Shown here piece after piece: positions 27,815 through 40,474 of a stretch of 64,000 bases of DNA. Position 1 is the first letter of the stretch. Each line of letters starts with the position of its first letter. This DNA is from Kudoa neothunni (taxonomy: Eukaryota > Animalia > Cnidaria): NCBI GenBank assembly GCA_964304625.1, contig OZ199839.1, positions 6,288,490 to 6,352,489 of the forward strand. The letters are read 5' to 3'. The position numbers were made by a program, and so were the translations under genes. The notes under the pieces were generated by a model. The model had not been told where the DNA came from and made no database searches. It worked only from the letters and a program-made list of their open reading frames with translations.

Positions 27815-28384
27815 ACAAGAAAATTTTGTTCCCAAATAATTTTCATTATTAAAATAGAGGAAGTTTGCCACAATAAATTTAAAATTATTTACAGTAAAAT
27901 AGAGCGAATATTAAAATAATTAAATGAAGATGTAAAGTTTAATGGGAAGATAAATAAAAAACGGCTCTAAAGAACCCTAAGTTTGTTGGAGGTTAAAAGT
28001 ATAATTGTTTAATTAATGTGATTACTCACCTCCATTATATTAATTTCCCATGTATTTTATGCATTCTAGAACTACACGTAACATTTCCTTTTCTATATAA
28101 ATCTGAAAACATCCACGGAGAAATTTGACGTAATCTGTATAAATAATGTAATTGATTTGATGTATATGCTCATACTGTTACTTTTAAAGAATTCTCATTA
28201 CGTTAAAAAATATTGATTACACAATTTTTCTGTTGTCTAAAATTCTATCTATTTTTGATTGTTATATTTAAAATAAATATGCGTGAATAAACACGGAAAT
28301 TTTATAATTCCAATTAATTCGTAAAATGGGGTAAATATGTTATGATAAACTATGTTATTCATCAAAATGAAGCTTTTTAATAAT

Positions 28385-31300
28385 TCATTCTTTGATCTTG
28401 TTTTCATTTTTTCTATTTTCTTCCAAAAAATGTGGAAAGTTTTTCTAAAAATTACAATACATATTAAATATGTAATAAAATAAGAAACCTTTATCCTTTC
28501 TATTATAAGACATGACTTTGTGGTTATTTCTTCGTTGAAAGACGTTGACGATAACTCAAGAAATAAATTCAAAATATCGGGCAAAATGCCACTTTCCTCG
28601 ATAAACTCTGATGGCACAAATTGAAAAATATCTTCCGCAATAGGTATCAAAAATTCTATAAATGTTACCCAAAAGTTTTTTTGGGGATATGGCAAAATTT
28701 TCTTAAAGAGTGGCATCACAGAACCAATAATTATTCCTTTATACAACGCTAATGCTTCATGAATGAAATTTTCCATACTTTTTAAGCCCCTTTCAACATC
28801 GGAAGAGTATAACATACTTGGGGCTTGTGAACTTTCACTCTCAAATTCATGTTTAATTCTAAATTTTTCCTTATTTTGCCGAACGAAGGCATCAAATGCA
28901 TGGGAGAAAATATCGCCTAGAATTTGAATATCACAAATATTCAAGGCATTTTCGAAACCGGGTATGGTAATAAACTCCTTAAATATAATTAAAAGCTCAG
29001 TTATTGTCACCGCTGAGGAATTTTTAGTGCATCTCAGAAATTCTGGTTTCAAGTTAGTATTCCACATATTAGTTGCCCCATCAATATCACCATGCAGGAT
29101 AGAACAGTTAAGTAATCGGTACACACCTTTTGCGGTAGGGCAATAAATGGATTCATGCAAAGTATTTTTAAGTATATCAGAAAGAATATTCAAATAAATT
29201 TCAAAACTTTCGTAGACTTTATCAGTACAGTTTTCTACCAAAACGACCACGAATTCACACAGCCAATGTATAACACCAAGGTCGTCCTCAAAAAAACAAG
29301 TTTTACATCCATATAGAGGCGCCGACTTTAAAAGTTCTTTTACGTCGCCTTCCCGTGGGATGCTAACAAAATGGTTTACCTCAGTGAGATATTTAGCTAT
29401 CGAAGACTTTAATTTGGGCAATAACTTGAGTAAACGTGGTGGCTTGCATTTGGCCATGCCCTTTAATAGTGGGAAGAAGCAAGGCTGAATATCAAGCCTG
29501 TCTTTTAATAATATATGTGAATTATCGAAATTTTCTATATAATCTATAGTGAGTAAAGTAAATTGTTCCATTTCATGTGGAAAGTTTCTCTAAAAATTAC
29601 AATACATATTAAATATGTAATAAAATAAGGAACCTTTATCCTTTCTACTATAAGACATGACTTTGTGGTTATTTCTTCGTCGAAAGACGTTGACGATAAC
29701 TCAAGAAATAAATTCAAAATATCGGGCAAAATTCCACTTTCCTTGATAAACTCTGACGGCACAAATTGAAAAATATCTTCCGCAATAGGTATCAAAAAGT
29801 TTATAAATTGTACCCACAAGTGTTTTTGGGGATATGACGAAATTTTCTTAAAGAGTGGCATCACAGAACCAATAATTATTCCTTTATACAATGCCAATGC
29901 TTCATGAATGAAATTACCCATACTTTTTAAGCCCCTTTCAACATCGTAACGGTGTAACATACTTGGGGCTTGTGAACTTTCACTCTCAAATTCATGTTTA
30001 ATTCTAAATTCTTCCTTATTTTTTCGAACGAAGGCATCAAATGCATGGGAGAAAATATCGCCCAGAATTTGAATATCGCAAATATTCAAGGCATTTTCGA
30101 AACCGGGTATGGTAATAAATTCCTTAAAGATAATTAAAAGTTTGGTTATTGTCACCGCTGAGGAATTTTTAGTGCATCTCAGAAATTCTGATTTCAAGTT
30201 AGTATTCCACATATTAGTTGCCCCATCAATATCACCATGCAGGATAGAACAGTTAAGTAATCGGTACACACCTTTTGCGGTAGGGCAATAAATGGATTCA
30301 TGCAAAGTATTTTTAAGTATATCAGAAAGAATATTCAAATAAATTTCAAAACTTTCGTAGACTTTATCAGTATAGTTTTCTACCAAAACGACCACGAAAT
30401 CACACAGCCAATGTATAACACCAAGGTCGTTCTCAAAAGAACAAGATGTACATCCATATAGAGGCGCCGACTTTAAAAGTTCTTTTACGTCGCCTTCCCG
30501 TGGGATGCTAACAAAATGGTTTATATCAGTGAGATACTTAGCTATCGAAGACTTTAATTTGGGCAATAACTTGAGTAAACGTGGTGGCTTGCATTTGGCC
30601 ATGCCCCTTAATAGTGGGAAGAAGCAAGGCTGAATATCAAGCCTGTCTTTTAATAATATATGTGAATTATCGAAATTTTCTATATAATCTATAGTGAGTA
30701 AAGTAAATTGTTCCATTTCATGTGGTAAGTCACATAAGCTTTCATTACATAAGAAAATCAGCAATCTATGTCCATAATAATCAAAGCTAGCGGACGTCGA
30801 GAAGAATTTGCGCAATATTATAAAAATATGGTCTATTATTCCAGAAATGTAGCGGTGAGGCTCAGATTTGATAATTTTAAAAACAATTCTTAAGGAAGTA
30901 GTTAGTGTATATGTAAGCTTCGTCGTTGCATCGTCATTTGATTTGGAAATTAGATCACACAAAGAGATCCAAATATTCGTCGCCCCAATTAAGGCAATCT
31001 CAAACTTGATATAGCTGCATTTACAAACAATTTTTTCCAAAGCTCTTATGGCTATTATTTTGATGAAGCCATTATTATGATTTGTTGCCGCCTCTACAAT
31101 TAACGATAAGACTTCTTTGTGGAAGCCAATCAGTGTGTCCCGATGGTACATAAGGCATAATAACTCAGCTAGTTCAATTGTAGAATACAAAATTTTTGGA
31201 TTTTCACAAGAAAAATAAGGTAGTACTATACGAAGCATTTCCCGGGGCTCTAAACGTTCCCCTTTTCTTGAGTAAGAAGCCAATAAGTACATAATTTCAA

Positions 31301-32694
31301 TTGCTGTATCAATCTTTCTCCAATCAGAAGATTTTAAATATTCGTTAGCTCGTTTTTGAAACAAGTTATATACAACTTCGCTATCAAGTGCAGGCACAAT
31401 ACTACGGAAAAATGTTTGCATTAGCGTTTGTTCATTCTCTGAGAAGAAAGCGTTGTATAATATGTAATTGTCTATAAGCCATTGTTCTGGGTTGCTAGGA
31501 TAGGAGTCAATATGAAAACGTAGTGCATTGTCAATCATAGCTGGTATGAAACATTCACAGTTTTCTCTAACCTCCTCCCGAAACCATACAATAAGTTTCT
31601 CGGTCAATTTGTACAGCTCATAGTGGACTGGCCTTTCAATGCTGCTATTATTTTGAAGTTGCACCAATGTTTTGAAGGTCAGTTGTGAATAATCTTTAAA
31701 TAAAAATGAATAAGCTTGATATATCTCATGCATTTCTTTCATAAATAAAAGCCCCTCAGTAGTAGATACAAAAGTTTCCATTGCCTTCAATATATGTGGA
31801 ATCACGATTGAAAAATATATAACAAAAGGATCGTCATCCAATTCGTCAACGAAGTAAATCATATTATTCATTGGAATCCATACAAACTAAAGTATATTTA
31901 TATGTATATAAATAGATATGGAGTTCATTTAAATGTTGAATCGGTCGAATATAATTTTTAGAATATTTATTTTTAATAATATCTCATACATTTGGGATAT
32001 CTGAACTTTTTTCAAAACATTCAATGAAAAATTTGCTATATTGCACGTACGTATCCTCATCGGTTGTTGAAAATAATCCTCCATGGTATCTACAATCAAA
32101 AGCTCCTAATTTACAAACAGAAATTTATTTTACCTGAAAAAGACTGTTACACTGTCATGCAACTCCAAATTATTAGAAGTTAGACAACGGGTAACCAATT
32201 CCATAATAACTTCCAATTTATCTATTTTATTTTTGTTGATCAGTCTAATAACACTAGCGCAAGTCGATAACAATTTTTCTTGATGAGATTTCACTTCTTC
32301 ATTGACTAATAGGTTAAAGAGGTGGGCCTTTATTTCATTGACTAACTTATCAGAAACATTATTATCAATACAGAAAGTATCGCAGTAATGTTTGAGGAAT
32401 AATGAAGCCGTTTGTTTCAACTTGACGAATATTATTGTAGTAAAATAGTGGGAATTTACCTTATATGATTTTTGAGAGGATAAAACATCAAGCAAAAACT
32501 GTATTTTTTGATTAATCGGAAATAAATTCAATTTCACCTTCGATCATTAGTTAAAATATTAATCAATATTTATAACAGCTTACTAACGTGCAACTATTTC
32601 TTATGTCACAAAAAGGACCAAACTCACTTAAAATTGAACAAAATTCTACAAAATCCGACTTTTCATAGTTATTTTTATTAGACTCGATTTTCAT
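28385..32694 (-). CDS. Diverged importin-5/karyopherin-beta-like HEAT-repeat protein, copy 1 (about 1330 aa, 2 tandem 367-aa blocks)
   Basis: Seven-exon in-frame model from ATG 32694 (MKIESNKNNYEKSDFVEF). Segments QKIQFLLDVL..LKQTASLFLKHY, YLKSSDWRKIDTAIEIMYLLA and VLPYFSCENPKILYSTIELAELLC..GFHKEVL resemble IPO5/IPO4 HEAT repeats. One junction needs a GTGTAA donor (47-bp intron). The 3' end is uncertain. Confidence 0.7.
28430..30725. repeat. Tandem repeat, 2 x 1145 bp (1101-bp exon + 44-bp intron)
   Basis: The 1145 period is visible from antisense ORFs at 28964 and 30109. Junction microhomology CCACAT (minus strand). Confidence 0.93.
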
Positions 32695-33751
32695 TGAAGC
32701 TCACTGCTTAACGTGGATTTATCCGAAAATACCAATAATTCAATCGGCTGCTTACAAATCATCATTCATTAATTTGTTAATCTTTTATCAATAAAATTGT
32801 TATCGATTATCAAATCAACGCGACCATCTAAATACATTTGTGCCTCAATAGCGAATAGATACCCACTGAATAAATGCACCAATATGACTCATTACGGTTA
32901 AAGTTCAGTTCCTTCGGCGTCCGCCGGTTACACGCCATTGGTAATAATTGGGGGTTCAGGCTGTTTACATTTTCCGGAGTATGCTTCCTGCAATCTTCAC
33001 GTACGAAAATTTAGATAACCTAAATTTTGAAGACTTATGTTAATTCAAGAATCATCCTGAAGATTTAATTATTTTTTTCCAACAACTTGACTTACTACTA
33101 ACTTCAAGGTTTGTTCTTGTGGAGGTCAAATGAAACTTTCTCTAGGGAACAATGCTGCTGATGTTTCAAGTCATGCAGGAAGGAATGCTCGTTATGAAAA
33201 AATACGTTTTTCTACCAAGCCCTACTTTCTGCGTATCTGTATCAAATTTTAAAGATTTTATATTTTTGGGGCGTGGGAGCGACGGAACAATCTTTCTTAA
33301 TGAAAGAATGCCATATTAATTCTTCCGCCACTAATGTGGATTGGAAAAATTTTATACGTGACATTTGTTTGAGTCACTTCATTCGTAACCCAAACAAAGT
33401 GGGTGGCCCTGGCGTAAAAGTCCAAATAGACGAAAGTCAAATTCGTATGAGGAAGTTTGGGGTTGGTAGAATCCTACAAAATCAAAGTCTGTGGATAGTT
33501 GGTGGTGTGGATGAGGATGGAAAGGTTTTTATGGTGGAAACCGAAAAGAGAGACACTCCCACTCTTGAAAATATTATTACTACTCATGTTGAGAGGGGAT
33601 CCGTTATACATACAGATGGATGGCCTGCCTATAGTTCACTCACTGAGCTAGGTTATGAATACGGTCATGAGGCAGTAATTCATGATAGGGAGTTTGTCTC
33701 GTCTACAGGAGTCCACACCAATCGAATTGAGGGACTGTGGAGCGCTTCTAA

Positions 33752-36724
33752 TCCTCCCGGGACGAAGGGGGTGCATTATGCACCCCAATTTTTTTATTAT
33801 CAAAAATCTCCCTTTTTACACGTTAAGAATCTGATTCATGTTTTGTCAAATCTCACTACTTTATTAATATTTTTATCTAATAAATTTAAAATAGATAATT
33901 TGAAAGAAATTGGTTTAATATTACTAGTTAAAATGGCGCAGGTTATCCTTTACCTTCAAAAATTATAAATAATGATAAGTGGTGGTTACTATATCGTATA
34001 AAATTTATTTTTACATATAAAGCACTAATTAAATTAAAATGAAATGCGTAGAAAACCTAAGAAATCATATTTATAACTTATACCGAATTAGCCCCATGGA
34101 CCATAGGATTATTTTCAAAAACGCACGAGTGGTAACGTTGTCATTTGGGATCTGCAGGTGCATTTACGTTTGTATGAAAATTTGTTAATATTTAATTTTC
34201 GATAAAGTTATGCTATCAGAAAATAATTCAGATGATCTTATTGGAGATTTTAATAATAATGAATATGCTGACAGTGACCTAGAATTTGAAGGTCGCAGGT
34301 CTGATGAATCCTCATATAATGATTTTATTGAATATTCTGGAATTTCAGATGACTCAGAAGTCGACGGTGATGAAATATTGCAAGGGATAACGACTAGTAA
34401 ACCAGGTTTCCAGTGGAAATATGGCTGCAAATCAAGAAAACGAACGAGGTGCCACAATCATGTTATCGATAAGCCTGGTCCCATAGGAAATTCAGGAAAT
34501 ATTTCGTCAATTTTATCTTCGTTCCAGCTGTTTTTTTCTGATTCTGTGTTAGAAAAAATTTTATTCTTCACGAATAAGTACAGGCAGTCAAGTACTCAGT
34601 ATAAACATACAAATACAATAACGATGGAAGAATTAGTGGCCTTCCTTGATGTTATGATTGCGTCTGGTCGTTGTAATGGATCAAGAATGTCCCTCAAACT
34701 CCTTTGGAAAACTCACCCCCTATTTTAGCAGCCTTTTTTCAGCTGCAATATCGAGAGACCGATTCACCCTCATTTATCGGACTATCCGATTTGATGACAA
34801 ACTAGAACCTATCCGTGAGATTTTCGAGGAAATCAATATATCTTTTCGGGAAAATTTTTCACCCGGTTTACATATAACCATTGATGAACGAATGGTAGGT
34901 TTCCGAGGTAAGTGTCCATTCCGTGTCTACATAAAGAATAAACCCGTACGTTTTGGTATGAAACTTTGGGTTGCAGCCGATGCTGACACCTCATATTTGC
35001 TGAATGTGCAACCGTACATAGGAAGGATGGGCAACGTACGCGAGACTAAACAAGGGGAAAGGGTTTTCAAAGACCTCATGACTCTGGTTTTTGGTTCTGG
35101 GCGAGGATTGACAACTGACAATTTTTTCACCTCCGTGCCCTTGGCATTATTTTTACTACAGAAAAATATTACACTTACTGGAACTTTGTGAAGAAACAAC
35201 AGATATGTACCTGATATTCTTCGAGATTTTGCTTCTCTGAAGACGTGACATTAGTGTCATATATTCCCAAGAAAAATCGTAATGTTTTTCTATTGTCGAC
35301 TGAAATCCATGACAGTTCGATTGAACCATCAGAAAGAAAATGCCCCGAAATTATTCTAAATTATAATCAGACCAAAGGGGGCGTTGACAATGACGATCGG
35401 ATGACGCAACAATACAGCTGTGCTCGGACAACAAGAAGGTGGCCATTCAGGTTGTTTATGGACCTTATTGATATATCAACATTGAATTCTTATATTATAT
35501 GGATGATGGATGTCGAGGTTCCCAGACTGGCGATCAAGTGATCAAAGTCGGCGCCAGTATTTTCTTCGGGGACTGGCAACTGAATTAGTCAAACCGAATG
35601 TTTTGAGTCGTCAAAGTTTAGGACATATTTATCACTCTCATATTAAATTTGGATTTAATATATTTGACAAATACATAAAGGACGGTCAAACATCTATTTC
35701 TAATGAAGAAACTTTAATCCCAGTACAGTCAAGATGTACGCTTTGTCCAAGGAATATTGACGGGAAGTCCAGAGTTTCATGCTACACATGCAAGAAGACA
35801 GTGTGCCATTCGCATCGAATTTAAAAAAAAGTTATACAATGTCTTAGTTGTAATATGGAATCAAACTAATGTTCAAAAATTAATCCAATTTTAACAGATT
35901 TTTTAAATTGTGAAATATTTTTTAGTTCAAAAGTCCATTTATGTATGGTATTCATCTCCTCGAGAATAGAATGAAAATTACACAATGAATATATCATGTT
36001 TTAGTTAAAATTGTAATAGCTAACTTACAAATTTTTTTAATTGGAATATTTATTTTCATGCGTTCGGTGCTGCTTTGAAAATTCAACTTAACCCATTAAT
36101 AATAATAATAAATAATATAATACATTTTGAAAGCTACAAGTGAGAATAAATCCTAAAATACTTAACTCATATCGTTAAGATTAGTATGTATACATGAAAT
36201 TAATTTATTCTGTTCAATCATCAGTATTTATCTATATTACATTTCGTTTTTACTAAGTTATAGAATCGGAAGCTACAACGCAACGACGATTATTAGGTGA
36301 GAAAGAATTCCCTGCTAATTTAATCTCATTATCCATATATGGGAATAACGAGAATAATCGGTAGTTTACATAGACCTGGATGGCTCGACTCTCGGTATAG
36401 ATGTAAAAAAAACTCTGAAGCCGATAGCTGAATCTTCTAAGAATTTATAGAGAGCTTTATTGTTTTATTGAATACGTTTCGCTTGAATATTACGTTGATC
36501 CATCGTTTCTTTAATGGATTGTTCTTATTTGTTAAATGTGTTTTTTTTCTATAGAGCTATACAATTTTGACTTCTGGGTGGATCTTTTTAATATGTAAAT
36601 AATTTTTACTCAAATTAAACGGTGTATTGCATCAATAAAGAGTAATAACATGAAAATTTTCTGGAGTGCATAATGCACCCCCTTCGTCCCCCGCGTTAGT
36701 TTTTTGAGCTCCGTCTTCCGAGGG
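33752..36724 (+). mobile_element. piggyBac element B
   Basis: Terminal IRs TCCTCCCGGGACGAAG / CTCCGTCTTCCGAGGG, plus an asymmetric subterminal IR GGGACGAAGGGGGTGCATTATGCAC. Flanks CTAA and TAAA are mutated TTAA. Confidence 0.85.
34210..35869 (+). pseudogene. piggyBac-B transposase pseudogene
   Basis: ITIDERMVGFRGKCPFRVYIKNKPVRFGMKLW, TTDNFFTS, YNQTKGGVDNDD, RRWP and a Cys-rich C-terminus. Frameshifts and deletions. Confidence 0.9.
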
Positions 36725-37314
36725 TAAAGCGGAAATATCGTTCGGTGGCGAATAAAAAAAGGGAAATGATCGCTTCCTATATTGCCGAATGGATATTTAA
36801 ATGACTCCATAGGAAACGTGTTCTTTCTAAACTTTTAGAAGCAATTAAACATATTTATATTTTATAGATTTTGTTTTATTGTAAAAATTTATATAATTAT
36901 GTCTTTTTCCAATCGTCAATGAATAAATATTTTTGGTAAATTACGGCATTCTTAAGTTTATTTTAATTAGTGTTAAGTGTTAACCCATTATTTTTTATAA
37001 TGATTATATATATAAACATATTTATCAAATAATGAAGGTTTTTGTATAAAATAACAAAATCTTCCGAAAATTAAGTTAAAAGACAGATTGTTTTACATTA
37101 ACTTGGGCTCATTAGGATACAATTAAAAAAGAAATGGCATGATATGTGATTTTTATCCATCTAAAAACTATTAAAAATTATATTAAGGTTCAAATATCAT
37201 GAGTCGACATTTAGTTTTAGCTTATACATTTTTTAAAAAAGAACATGTTGTAAGATATAAAAAATATTTACTATTTAACTTTAAAATGTAATCTCATTTT
37301 AGGTTTTATACCGT

Positions 37315-37815
37315 TATCTGTCATTTGTTTTAAAAAATAACAAATAAAATCCATGATATATACAATACCATTAAAAATATTCGTTTATGTATAATTTTTA
37401 AATTTAAGAATAAAAACAAGCACTAATTTGTACCATATTATATTGTTATGCACATAAATTGACACCTTATTTTTTAATTTTTTAACATTTAAATAGTACA
37501 TATTATATTTTTTAATTGATATATTTTGTTTTATTGTGTGTAACTGAAGTAAAATAGATTTTATTGGGTTTATATGTTATGAAACGTGACCCGATTAGTA
37601 CCGATGGCTGGTAACCGGCGGACGCCGAAGGGGGGAGGAACTGAACTTTAACCCAATTTATGTGCATAACAAAATAATATAAGTTGAATATGTTTTTATC
37701 ATTAAATTTAAGAAATATATATATATATATATACGAATGTTTTTAATGGTATTATAGATATTATTGATTAATTATGGGTTACACTTGTAATTTTTTAAAA
37801 CAAATGATAGATGTT
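37315..37815. repeat. Diverged inverted repeat (37315-37461 vs 37654-37815) bracketing the Merlin right end
   Basis: TCATTTGTTTTAAAAAAT..TACCATTAAAAA..TTGTTATGCACATAAATTG is the reverse complement of CAATTTATGTGCATAACAA..TTTTTAATGGTA..TTTTTTAAAACAAATGA. Confidence 0.65.
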
Positions 37816-38082
37816 AGGGCAAGAAAACATAACCGTTTACGTAACAATAATCCCCAAACACACTATCAGTAGTATACATAAAGTTGTTATACTCCTAGGA
37901 CAATCTAGATGTCTCTGTTGTATTCCATAAGGCGCTATATGGTTCTATCGTCCTATAGGATCTTCCAGAGGCCCCAAAAAAGGATCTCATTTCAACGCAT
38001 AATTATATACTATAACAATAATAAGATATTATTGTATTAAAATAAATATTTCTGTCCCAATTAATTAAATTTGCAATGTTTA

Positions 38083-39195
38083 TCCTTTATATATATATAA
38101 AAGAGGACTGTCGGTATGTTTGTTTGTGTGTGTATGCCCCTAAGTACGCATGTGCGGATAATTTTTTCCTTATAGAGAGCCATATATAAAATTTTTATAA
38201 ATTTGTGATATTTAAAAAAATCGTTTAATTGTTTTCGGACTACGAAAGTTTCCAAAAAGTATTTATAAAATAGTGATTTTGTCGATTTAAAGTTTGTTTT
38301 TCGGATTAAATGAGTTCAACTATAGGATTAGCACTTGCTTATTTCATGGTTATGGTCGGTTGAAGTTAACTATCTCCTTTATATGCTCCATCATATGTTC
38401 ATTAACTGCTTCTATCTATCTTTATATATAAGGTTGGCGTTTCTATTTGGGTTCCTGTTTAAACACACTCTTTATTTGCGGAGTTTTAAGTTTTAACGTA
38501 TATGTCTCATAAATAACGAATTCGCGGAGAACGTTAAAGTCACATTGATTGAAGCGTTATAATGGAAATACTGCGTTCATAGGTTTCATTAAATTGTCCG
38601 CTAAGTTTTACTTTATGTGATTAAATTCAATGCGGATGGTTGTACTTTTATTTCACCAAATTATTTAAATTGTTTATGTTGAAATCGACGCAATTTGTGG
38701 CTGTTTATGATAAAAGCGCATGTAGGTTTATGCCGAGCTAAACGGTGCTAATTTTAGCAATATCGATTAATTTTCATAAGTTTTCTTCTATCTCTTTTAT
38801 TTTTTTTTCTAAAAAGTTAGTGGTGCACCCAGTTACTGAGCCAGGCCAGAATTCTACATTTAAAAATCCTCCGGGCCAAAAAATAACGTTTTAGATAACA
38901 CTTTAACGGGATTTAAATAATTCGGAATGAAAAACGTACAACGCTGACCTTAATTTGTTTAGCGTTGATGCCGAGCCACGAAATTTTTAAATGGGCGCAG
39001 GGATTGATACTTTCCTTCACAGAAATTATCATAATTTAAATTGCATAATCCAAATCGTTATAGTAAGTTGCTTAAAAATGTTTAATTATTTTGCTTCTAT
39101 GGGTTAATTCGAGATTTCAATATATTTTTTGAATGCTATTAAAAAATGCCTCTAGGCGAAATCTTCCCCAAGCAACGCTGGGAAATTCGAGCTAG
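38083..39195 (+). mobile_element. Non-autonomous Helitron (full length, about 1.1 kb)
   Basis: A|TC 5' end followed by (TA)n and (GTTT/GT)n. 3' hairpin CCCAAGCAACGCTGGG and CTAG|T. No TSD. Confidence 0.8.
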
Positions 39196-40379
39196 TTAAT
39201 AATATACTTTATATCGTATTCAAAAAAATTAATATATAAATATACAATTTATTATTTATAAAAGTTTACCAATTTAAAATCTTCATATAAATCAAATTAG
39301 TATTAAAATATTTTTAATTAATGTTGTTCTTCGATTTCATAACCAAAAATATCAGTGTACGAAAAATATAATTATTGTTAGTTTCAATTTCGCGAATAAT
39401 TGAGGTATAAAAATTTATAAACTAAAATAAACAATTATAGATATTACTAAATGTTTCAAAAGTTAATTTGACCTTTAGAAATAATGATAGATGACATATT
39501 ATTTCTCAATATTGGACAAGCTTCCTTAGAAAATTCACTGCACCAAATTTAATATGTACATAGTATGAAAATTTAAATAATGGTATTAGGATAAAATTAG
39601 CAAATAATCAGCTATTTTTCGGAGTTTATGGGAAAATGATGCGGATTACACGTGTACCCGACTGTAGTCAAATGGGAATTAGGCAAAAATTTAGAAGTAA
39701 TTTATTTGAGCTCAATATTCTTTTATTTATTATTGATAATCGTAAAAGAAAAAAAGAGAAATAACGCACGAAAGATGATGTTTTTCTGGAGTGACATACT
39801 TTATCATTACCACAATATTATTAAATAAAATTCTTTCTGTATGAGAATTCCGGACGAATAATGCCCTCAATGTCTAGATTTTGGTTGTTAAATCGGCGAG
39901 TGAACCGTAGCATTCGAAAATAACTTCAAGTTTTAATAGATAATTTAAATTTGAAACGTACTTTTAAAATCACTCGTTTCACTTAAATATCTTGTGAATA
40001 ATCTTATTTAAGTATTAAATAATTAAAAATAGAAAAAATTATGAAGTCAAATTGCCGTGTCATGAAATTTAAAGAGTTTAAGAAATACAAGAATAGTTGT
40101 GTCTAAAATTTAATGGATAGAAAAATTAACTCCCATCTGTACCAGACTTTCAAGTTAAAGATTTTTTCGCCAGCACCAAAAATAAACGAACGAAAGGGTG
40201 AGGATTGCCTGATCGAAACACGTGTTGATTATTTCAGGTCGCACGATGAGTTAAGTTTTTATTGTTTCCTATCTTGAAGTATGCTGTGCCAATCATAAAA
40301 CAAAAATATGTAACGTAATTCAATATATATCGATCCCAAAAGTTAAAATAACATTTTCTGCCTCGAGGGTATCCTACAC

Positions 40380-40474
40380 GGCATGGTTCCGCGTTTTCCT
40401 GCGCCGTCCAAATTAGCCAAAAAATTATTCATGACCCATATGTGGGTCATATGATCCCAGATTGGGAAACACTG
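40380..40474. mobile_element. hAT element end (other end not found)
   Basis: TTGGGAAACACTG TIR end with subterminal GACCCA/TGGGTC repeats. Flank GTTTATAT has a central TA. It marks where B/B' 3' homology stops. Confidence 0.5.

Larger units (their letters stand above)
24537..32803. repeat. Segmental duplication unit 1 (about 8.27 kb)
   Basis: Near-identical direct repeat of 50353-62893 outside the variable part of the HEAT gene. Identical ORFs, e.g. 32130-32537 = 62220-62627. Confidence 0.95.
33035..36867 (+). pseudogene. Merlin transposase pseudogene, split by the piggyBac insertion
   Basis: VGGPGVKVQIDES, IHTDGWPAY and GVHTNRIEGLWSA lie before the insertion. KRKYRSVANKKREMIASYIAEW resumes in frame after it. 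Confidence 0.88.
32896..37653 (+). mobile_element. Merlin (IS1016/ISXO2-like) DNA transposon interrupted by piggyBac B
   Basis: TIRs GGTTAAAGTTCAGTTCC..TTCGGCGTCCGCCGGTTAC / GTAACCGGCGGACGCCGAAG..GGAACTGAACTTTAACC. No recognisable TSD. Confidence 0.85.

Noticed and set aside
27626-27871. 81-aa ORF duplicated at 56593-56814
   Set aside because: Spans an orphan piggyBac end, has a non-ATG start, and is frameshifted in the duplicate.
29544-29640. Apparent frameshift or programmed frameshift between ORFs 29544-31871 and 28249-29571
   Set aside because: Fully explained by a 44-bp GT-AG intron.
36660-36700. CCCCCGCG|TTAG as the piggyBac-B right end with an inverted CTAA/TTAG target
   Set aside because: It is the subterminal repeat. 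The true end is GAGGG at 36724, which restores the Merlin frame.
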